From: the human T2T-CHM13v2.0 reference genome, Homo sapiens
Assembly (NCBI GenBank): GCA_009914755.4
Contig: CP086569.2
Coordinates: 9,952,001-10,016,000 of the forward strand
Direction of reading: 5' to 3'
DNA: 64,000 nt
The translations under genes and the position numbers were made by a program. This document shows, one piece after another, positions 55,001 to 64,000 of this stretch (positions within the stretch are counted from its first letter, which is position 1; each line of letters begins with the position of its first letter). The notes under the pieces are model-generated. The model was not told where the DNA came from and ran no database searches. It saw only the letters and a program-made list of their open reading frames with translations.

Positions 55001-58000
55001 GATTTGAAAGCTTTCATACCCGGAGCCAAATGGGAGTGGACTGGATTGATGCTGGGTATGATATGGCCTCCAGACTTCCCTCTTAGTTTCCTGATTTTCA
55101 TGTTCCTCATCAGGCTAGGGTTTCCTGGGTATGGCTCAATGACTTCCACACTAAACGTTACCCAGTTCATGGAGAACGACCATCATGGGAATCCACTGTG
55201 TGATTGTTTCCTTCTAAACATTGTCATATTTTAATGACTGGGAAGCTTTAATACTTTTAAGACAGTAAATTCTTGTTACAGCCACCAATAAGAAAACACT
55301 TGTTCTCCCACTTCTATTGGAGGGCTGCATGATTATTGTAGGATGAGAAGCAGGCAGCCATGTATGGGTTTTTGCCTGGCAATCTAGCCTCTGTTTCATT
55401 TCATCTGCATAGCCTTCTCACTGCGGAGGGGTTCTTTCATTGAGCTCTTGCTGGATGGGACTGCCTCTTGCCACAGATTATTTTGCTAACAGGGATTTCA
55501 GAGAGCAAAAGTGACTTTGCAGAGACTGGTTGCACTCAAGTTTGTGGTTCATGGTCTTATTTTGGGGGCTAAGTTTGCTTGCAGTTTGCAGGAGGTTTTT
55601 GGGTCCTCTGACAGGAATCACTGAACATTGCTTGGACTCCAGCGCAAGGCAGCTCATTCTCTCAGGTGAGCCTTAATTTTTCTTTGCTTTCATGGGGAAT
55701 CCACAGTGCCCCTTAGCAGCACTACTGGACACCCTTTTTAGGCATGCCATCATCACAGATGGCCTCTGAGACACTGGTCTCAACCTTGTCTTCACCTGTG
55801 AGTGGCCAGTCCAAGGCCTGAGAGTAGGGCTCCACCTTGGACTTTCCTTTGCTGTGGCTCCTGCTTTCCCACAGAGGCTCTGCAAGGCTCAGGATGAAGG
55901 GAGGCAGTGAGGTCAAGGTCCTGGCCATCTTTCACTGACACCAGGCCCTGGGGTTTCAGGTATGATTCTATCATCCAAAGAACCATCAAAAACATACTAG
56001 ACTTTATTCCAATGTCCACGGGACATAATTCTTTCACACAGCCTCTTTCAAAAAGGGAGACAGAAAAGTAGTTTCCACAGACCACCTCACAGTATTGATA
56101 TTCTTCCTCCTTTGGTGGGACCTGACCACAGAGATGGCCTGAAGGGGAGCTGAGGTCAAGACTTTTAGGTTCTCATAGTGGGTTTTGCAGGCCTCCCTTT
56201 TCATGATACCAGGACAACTCTGCCTGTAGTATTTTACTTGGCTTAGGAAGGCTGACAGCTCTGACAGCTGGGTGCCCGAGCCTGATTCATGAATGCATAT
56301 AAGCTGGTTTCAGGGCACCATTCCTGATTGTGAGCTCTGGCTAGCGTCACAATTAATGTCACCATTGTCTAGCAAAAAGTTCCTGCATCTTGGCAATGCA
56401 GGAGGCCTCTGTGGAAGTGCATCCACAGGGGACTCTTGCCTGTCTTTTCTGTGGATCCATGGGATAGTTCCATAATCCTGGGAGAGGGCAAGTGGGAGCC
56501 AGCCTGAAGAAATGTCAAGCACAGCCCCAGGAATAAACCACAAAATCCCTGAGCGTCCAAAAATATCAGAAGGATTATTCAGGCCTGCCTACACATTGTA
56601 GGGGTGAGTGTTTTTGAAACTTTCCCCGCTGTGATTTCTAGGTGCAGCCCACCTGTGTTCCCTGGGGTTGCTCTCTCTTAGGTGGGGCTTCCTACAGAAT
56701 GACACAGCCTCTAGAGCTGCCTCACTGTGTGTTTCTGTGGGAGTGTTGCAAATGTTGGATGTCTGCGTGTGTGTGTGGCACAGCGTGTTTGTGTTGTCTG
56801 TGTGTGTGTGTGTGTTTGTGCCTGTAAGTGGAGTCTGCTTAAAGAAATGTGGCTAATCCACTTCAGCGCTACTTTTCTTGAGTCTCAACACCTTTTGGTG
56901 GACTGTTTGTTGGGTCTGCTTGGGCTGTGTTTTCTTTATTGATCTGCGGATCATGAATCCGCAGTGAATTAGAAGCTTGCCAAATCCCACCGCCATCCAA
57001 ATCACCTCCCCCTGCAAAAAAAAAAAGCCACTCTTCTAGAAAGAAGAGGAGCACACTACACTGAAAAACAAACATCTTCCAGTGTTTCATTGTCCTGTAG
57101 CCAACCCAGGTAGAGACACTAGCAGTCCTGTCCGCAGAGCCCCTTGTATTTACCTTGAATTCGGTTGACAGCCTAGGAGGTGCTTCATGCTGTGAGGGGG
57201 CACTCCTCCATCGTCTTGGGACTTCATCCTGGAACATAGAGTGTGAGCAGCAATAAGGTCAGGTAGGGTGGAGGATCCAATCTGGTGAGAAGTGAATGGG
57301 TCCTGCAACTTCACCTGCAATAAAAATGAAGACAGATGACACAGAAGGTGTTTCAAACTTCATCCCCTCATTCCCTTAATTGCACAAGCAGTCCCCACCA
57401 AGGTGCAGTGTTGAAGTGGGAGGACTCCAATGTGCACAAAACATCTGGACTGCAAATTCGGGATATCCTGACAAACTGCTGATTTGAGGGCTTTCATATT
57501 CAGAGCCAAATGTGAGTGGAATGGATTGATGCTGGATAGAATGTGGGCCTCCACCTCATCGGCCTAGTGTTTCCTGTGTCTGGCTCAAGGACTTCCACAT
57601 TAAACATTTCCCAGTTCATGGAGAGAGGCGCTTATGGAATCCATTGCATTAGCATTTCCTTCTAAACACTGTCACATTTTAATGACTTGGCAGCTTTGAC
57701 ATATTTAAAACCATGAATTCCCGTTACAGCCACTAACAAGGAAACTCTTGTTCTCCCACTTCTGTTAGGGGGCTGCTTGATTCCTGCAGGATGAGAAGCA
57801 GGCAGCCATGTCTAGCTTTTGCCTGGCAGCCTTGCCTCTGTTTTATTTTATCTGCATGGCCTCCTCAGTGTGGATGGTCTCTTTCACTGGGCTTTTGTTG
57901 GATGGGACTGCCTCTCACCACAGATTATTTAGTTGCCAGCTATTTAAGAGAGCAAAAGGGACTTCATGTAGGCTGGCTGTGCTTTAGGTTGTGGGTTGTT

Positions 58001-59217
58001 TTCTGGTTGTGTGGGATGAGGTGGTTTGCACTTTGCCTGAGGGTGTTGGGTCCTCTGACAGGAAGAATTGAACATTGCTTGGACTCCAGCACAAGGCAGC
58101 CAGTTCTCTCAGGTGAGCCTTGATTTTTTGTTTGTTTGTTTTCATAGGGAATCCACAATGTGCCTCAACAGCACCGCTGGACACCTTTTTTCGGCTTGCC
58201 ATCACCACAGACTGCCACTGAGACCCTGTCTCAACCTCATCTGCACCCTTGAGTGGCCTGTCTGAGGTGTGAGAACACTGCTCCACCTTGGACTTGCCTC
58301 TTTTCTGGTTCCTGCCTTTCCCAAAGAGCCCTTGTAAGGCATAGAATAAAGGGAGGAAGTGAGGTCAAGATCCTGGACATCTTTTGCTGACACCCACCTC
58401 GGGGGTCTCAGATATGATTCCGTCACACAAGGTATCCTCAAAAACAAACTAGACAATATTCCAATCCCAGTGGGACCCAATTCTTGCACACTGTCTCTTT
58501 CAAGAATAGAATCAGAAGAGCAGTTTCCAGTGACCACCTCACAGTCTGGAAACATCTCCTTCTCCAGCAGAACTTGACAGTGGAGATGCACTGAAAGGGC
58601 CCTAAAGTTGAGCCTTTTATGATCCTGCGGTGGATTTTCACAGGCTACCTTTTTCCTGATACCAGGCTAGCTCTGGCTGTACCATTTTCCTCTGCTTAGG
58701 CAGGCTGACAGCTATGACTCACAGATGCCCAAGCCTGCCTCACAAAAGCGCATGTGCTAGTCTCAGGGCACCAGGCCTAATTGTGAGCTATGGCTAGTGT
58801 CACAGTGAACTTCACCATTGCCTAGCATCAAGTCCCTGCAGCTTGGCAGAGAAGGAAACCTCCATGGGGGAGCGTCGGCCGTGGACTCTCACCTGTCTTC
58901 TCTGTGGGATCCCTGAGATAGTCCCATGATCCTAGGAGGGTGTAGACATGAGCCAGCCTGAAGAAACATCAAGCACCGGCCCAGGAATAAACTGTGAAAT
59001 CTGTAATGATCCAAAGGGATCTGCAGGTTTCCTCAGGCCTGCCTAGATGTTGTAGGGGTGACTCTTTTTGAAACTTGGCCCTCTCTGACTTCTTGGTGCA
59101 TCCCACCTGTGTTCCCCAGGGTTGCTCTCTCCAAGGTGGGGCTTCCTGCAGAACCATGCAGCCTCAGGAACTGCCGGGATATGTGTTTCTGTGACAAAGT
59201 TGCGAGTGTTGGATGTT

Positions 59218-59252
<35 letters not shown>

Positions 59253-62200
59253 GTGGGTTTGTGTGAGTATGTGTATGTCTGTGTGTGCCTGTAAGTGGAG
59301 TGTGCTTAAAGGAATGTGGCTAATGAACTTCAGTCCTTCCTTTTTTTTTTTTTTTTTTGAGTCTCCTAACCTTTTGTTGGCCTGTCTGTGTGGTTCTGCT
59401 TGGGCTGCAGGGCTCAGTGTTCTTTATTTTTCTGTGGTTCATTAATTGAAAATGAATTGAGAGACAGGCTGGCCTCCAAATCACCTCCCCATGCAAAAAA
59501 AGGCACCCTTCTAGAAGTAAGAGGAGCACACCACACCAAAAAGACAAACCTCTCCCAGAGATTCATTGTCCTGCAGGAAACCCAGGGAGCACACTAGCAG
59601 TCTTGTCCACAGGCCTTTTGAATTTACCTCATATTCGGTTCCCAGCCAGCTAGGTGCTTCACGTCGTGAGAAGGCACCCTCCATCATCTTGGGATTTCAT
59701 TGTAGGACATAGAGTGTGACAATCAATAAAGTCAGATAGGAGTGAGGATACAATCTGGTGAGGGGCAGATGCGGTCCAGCAAAAAAAAATGAAAGATGAT
59801 ACAGAAGGTGCTTCTAACTCCATCCCCACATTCCCTTAATTGCACAACCAGTTCACACCAATGCCCCACTGTTCAAGGGGGAGTACTCCAATGTGCAAGG
59901 AAGATTTGGAGTGCAAATTGAGGCCATCCTGGAAAACTCCTGATTTAAGGACTTTCATTGCTATAGCCAAATGAAAGTGGAATAGATTGATGCCGGCTGC
60001 AAACCAGCCTGAAGAAACATCAAGCAAAGCCCCAGGAATAAACTGTGAAATCCCTAAGGATCCAAAAAGATCTGCAAAAGACCTCAAGCCTTCTTAGACA
60101 TTGTATTGGTTAGTCTTTTTTTTTCTCAGTTTTTATATTATATATTTAATTAATATTTGATATTATAAAGCACATTTATCAGTTAATTTTATTATATTCT
60201 CATGAGTCCATTACATAACTATTATTATATGAACTTTTTTTTATACTTTAAGTTTTAGGGTACATGTGCACATTATGCAGGTTAGTTACATATGTATACA
60301 TGTGCCATGCTGGTGTGCTGCACCCACTAACTCGTCATCTAGCATTAGGTATATCTCCCGATGCTATCCCTCACCCCTCCCCCCACCCCACAACAGTCCC
60401 CAGAGTGTGATATTCCCCTTCCTGTGTCCATGTGATCTCATTGTTCAATTCCCACCTATGAGTGAGAATATGCGGTGTTTGGTTTTTTGTTCTTGCGATA
60501 GTTTACTGAGAATGATGATTTCCAATTTCATCCATGTCCCTACAAAGGACATGAACTCATCATTTTTTATGGCTGCATAGTATTCCATGGTGTATATGTG
60601 CCACATTTTCTTAATCCAGTCTATCATTGTTGGACATTTAGGTTGGTTCCAAGTCTTTGCTATTCTGAATAATGCCGCAATAAACATACAGGTGCATGTG
60701 TCTTGATAGCAGCATGATTTATAATCCTCTGGGTATATACCCAGTAATGGGATGGCTGGGTCAAATGGTATTTCTAGTTCTAGATCCCTGAGGAATCGCC
60801 ACACTGACTTCCACAATGGTTGACCTAGTTTACAGTCCCACCAACAGTGTAAAAGTGTTCCTATTTCTCCACATCCTCTCCAGCAACTGTTGTTTCCTGA
60901 CTTTTTAATGATTGCCATTCTAACGGGTGTGAGATGGTATCTCATTGTGGTTTTGATTTGCATTTCTCTGTATTGGTTAGTCTTTTTGAAACTTGTCCCA
61001 CTGTGATTTCTAGATTCAGCCCACCTGTGTTCCCTAGGGATGGTCTCTTTCAGGTGGAGCTTCCTGCAGAACCATGCAGCCTCAGAAGCTGCTTGGCTGT
61101 GTGTTTCTGTGGGAGTGTTGCGAATGTTGGTGTGGCTGTGTTTGTGTGTGTGGGTGTGTGTGTGTGTGCCTGTAAGTGGAATCTGCTTAAATGAATGTGG
61201 CTATTACACTTCAGCACTACTTATTTTTGAGTCTGTCAAACTTTTGGTGGCCTGTTTGTGTGGCCCTTCTTGGTCTGTGGCATTACATGTCCTTTCTTTC
61301 TTTCTTTCTTTTTTTGTGGATCATGAATCCACAGTGAATTGGGAGATTGGCTAGACATGCCAAAATTAAATTATGTACCACTGCAAAAAACAAAGCAAAA
61401 CAAAACAAAAAACTCTTCTAGAAAGAGGAATAGCAAACCACACCCTAGAACAGACATCTCCCAGTGTTTCATGTTCTGCAGCAAACCCAGGGACAGGCAC
61501 TTTCAGTCCTGTCCGCAGGGCCCCTTGAATCTACCAGGAATTTGATTCCCAGCTGAACAGGTGCTTTTTGTCACAATCCTCCATTATCTTGGGATTTTGT
61601 TCTTGGACAGAGAGTACAAGCAGCAATAAGGTCAGACAGGTGTGAAGATACGATCTTGTGAGGGGTAGATAGGTTCCTGCACATTCACCTGTAAAAATGG
61701 TGAAGACAGATTACACTGTCAGAATTCAATGACTGGACATCTGTAATGTATTTAAAACCATAAATTCCCAGTACTGACACCAACAAGGAAATTCTTGTTC
61801 TCCCTCTTCTATCAGATGGCTGCATGATTCCTGTAGGATGAGAAGCATGCAGCCATGTCTGACTTTTGCCTGGTGATCTATAGTCTGTTTCATTTCGACT
61901 GCAGATCCTTTCTCATTGTGGAGAGGGTCTTTCAGCTGTTGCTGGTTGTAACTGCCACTCACCACAGATCTTTTGGCTGCCAGCGATTTTAGGGAGCAAA
62001 AGGGCCTTCAGGTAGGCTGGCTGCATTTCAAGTTGTGGATCATGGTCTCGTTGTGGAGGCTGACATTGTTTGCACTTCTCAGGAGGCTTTTGGGTATGCC
62101 GACAGGAGTCTTTGAATGTTGCTAGGACTCCAACAAAAGTCAGCTCTTTCTCTCAGGCAAGCCGTGAGTTTTTTGTGCTTTCATGGGGTGTCCCCATTGC

Positions 62201-64000
62201 CACCCAACAGTACTATAGGACACAATTTTCAGGCTTGCAATAGCCACAGATGACCTCTGAGACAATGTCTCAACGTCATCTGCCTCCGTGAGAGGGCATT
62301 TTGAGGTTTGAGAACTCTGATCCAACTTGGACTTGCATTTGTTGTGGTTCATGCCTTTCCCAGATAGCCCCTGGGGGGCCCAGAATGAAGAGAGGCAATG
62401 GGGACAAGGGCTTGGCCATATTTCACTGACAAACACCTATGGAGTCTCACGTATGATTCCATGATAAAAGGACCCCTCAACAACTCACCAGACTCTATTC
62501 CCATCCCTATGGGACCTGATTCTTACAAATAGCCTCTTTCGGGAATGAAGTCAGAAGAGCAGTTTTCCATGACAACCTAACAGTCTGAAAACACCTCTTC
62601 CTCCAGTGGGACCCGACCAAGGAGATGGATGGAAGGGGTGCTAAGGTTGACATATTTAGGTTCCCACAGTTGGTTATCGCAGGCAGCCTTTCTCCCGATA
62701 TGAGGCTGGATCTGCCTGTACCATTTTCCTTTGCTTAGCTCTGACAGCCTAGCACCTAAGCCTGCCTCGTGAATGTGCATGTGCTAGTCTCAGGGCACCA
62801 CCCCTGAGCTGTGAGCTCCAGTTAGCCTCACAATGAATAACACTTTTCCTAGTGAAAAGTCCCTGTGTCTTGGCAGAGAAGGAGACCTCCATGAAGATGC
62901 TTCACGGTAGACTCTCGCCTCTCTTCTTTGTTGAATCCTTGGGATAGTCCCATGATCCTAGGAGAGGGCAGATGTGAGCCAGCATGAAGAAGCATCAAGC
63001 AGGGCCCCAGGAATAATCTGTGAATTCCTTAACTATGCTAAAGGGTCTGCAGATGCCTCAGGCCTGCCTAGACGTTGCAGGGGGTCTTTTGAAACTTGTC
63101 CCACTGTGGTTTCTACATACAGCATGCCTGTGTTCCCCAGGATTGCTCTCTCCCAAGTGGGACTTCCTGCAGAACCACACAGCTTCAGAAGCTGCTGGGA
63201 GTGTGTTTCTGTGGGAGTGTTGCCAGTGTTGGTTGTCTGTGTTTGTGTGTGTGTGTGTGTCTGTAAGTGGAATCTGCTTTAAAAAATGTGGTTAACACAC
63301 TGTAGCTCTTCTTTGTTTTTGAGTCTCCCAAACTTTTTGTGGCCTATCTGTGTGGCTCTGCTTGGGCTGCTGGGTTCTGTGTTCTTTATTTTTCTGCAGA
63401 TCATGAATCTGCCATAAATTGAGAGATGGCATGAGACCCGCCATGGTCCAAATAACCTCCCCCCACAAAAACAAAACAAACAAACAAACAAAGCCACACT
63501 TCTAGAAAGAAGAGGAGCACAGGAAATTCAGGAACAGAAATCTTTCAGTGTTTTATTGTCCAGTGTACACCCCATTTAGAAACACTAGCAGTCCGGTCCG
63601 CAGGGTCCCTTGAATTTACTTCATATTCAGTTGCTAGCCAAGCAGGACCTCCACACCGTGAGGGGGCACTCTTCCATCATCTTTGGATTTCATTATGGGA
63701 AAGATACTTTTAACTTCAGATAAAGCTGAGGATACAAGCTGGTGAGGGATGGATGGGGTCCCGCACATTCGCCTGCAAAAAAATGTGATGACAGATGTTA
63801 CAGAAGGTGCTTCCAACTGCATCCCCACATTTCCTTAAATATACAAGCCATCCACACCATGGCCTGGTGTACATTTGGGAGCACCCCAATATGCAGGGAA
63901 TGTTTGGAGTGCAAACTGGAGCCATCCTGGCAAACTCCCTATTTGAGGGCCTTTATACCAGGAGCCAAATGGGAGTGAGGCCATTTGATGTAAGGTTTGA
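46060..64000. repeat. Macrosatellite tandem array of 9 or more units of about 2.0-2.8 kb, extending past the window end. The units are about 85% identical, and each carries (GT)n / poly-T internal tracts and variable internal deletions.
   Basis: The landmark 'c(c/t)gagcaggtgcttcacatc(a/g)tgagg' recurs at about 46070, 48535, 50470, 53268, 54728, 57168, 59648, 61548 and 63628. A second landmark 'cactgtcacattttaatgact' recurs at 46598, 49060, 51035, 55225 and 57670. A conserved pseudo-ORF 'MLGGMWPPHLPLLFLTS..GFPWSGS' repeats once per unit. Unit 53268-54727 is short at about 1.46 kb, and unit 59648-61547 has an internal deletion plus an L1 insertion. Confidence 0.85.
60121..60970 (-). mobile_element. 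L1 3' fragment (ORF2 C-terminus, 3'UTR and AT-rich tail), 5'-truncated, inserted into one macrosatellite unit
   Basis: The minus ORF 60445-60963 translates '[90 protein letters not shown]...[13 protein letters not shown]'. The 3' end 'tttaagttttagggtacatgtgcac' sits at about 60237, preceded by an about-115-bp AT-rich tail. The flanking TSD is 'tattggttagtcttttt' (60104-60120 and 60971-60987). Confidence 0.9.

Noticed and set aside
46424-63978. A recurrent about-60-135-aa ORF family ('MMLGGMWPPQLLFFFLTS...', 'LMLGMIWPPDFPLSFL...') present once per macrosatellite unit, with overlapping antisense ORFs
   Set aside because: Between units the amino-acid divergence (about 27%) is roughly twice the nucleotide divergence. 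Substitutions are radical and indels shift the frame between copies. There is no sign of purifying selection, so these are repeat-propagated pseudo-ORFs.

Overview
The window is primate (almost certainly human or great-ape) intergenic DNA. It is AT-rich, repeat-dense and gene-poor. I find no convincing cellular protein-coding gene, rRNA or tRNA, no CpG island, and nothing resembling a prokaryotic operon, defence island or CRISPR array.

What the sequence does contain:

- **33-38 bp satellite array (about 6560-14650).** A diverged tandem satellite of roughly 6 kb, split in two by a nested insertion. A MER11-like ERVK solo LTR (10940-12898, 6-bp TSD) sits inside the satellite, and that LTR is itself split by a 5'-truncated L1 (11073-11919, about 13-bp TSD).
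- **Five L1 insertions.** Two of them (971-1788 and 19895-21790) show the 5' inversion typical of twin priming.
- **About 15 Alu copies.** One is a near-consensus AluY with intact CpGs (27636-27941).
- **A deleted HERV9/HERV-W-group provirus on the minus strand (27413-34410).** It has recognisable gag, NC zinc knuckle, protease (DTGA) and RNase H remnants plus LTR12-like LTRs. The AluY interrupts its 3' LTR.
- **Microsatellites and low-complexity tracts.** These include (CA)n, (TATC)n, (TA)n, a 220-bp polypyrimidine tract and a T40 run.
- **A macrosatellite from about 46060 to beyond the window end.** It has at least 9 diverged units of about 2.0-2.8 kb (roughly 85% identity), with unit-specific deletions and one L1 insertion.

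The most notable structures are the two tandem arrays (satellite and macrosatellite), the three-level nested insertion, the paired about-0.5-kb direct repeats flanking an L1, and the young AluY.
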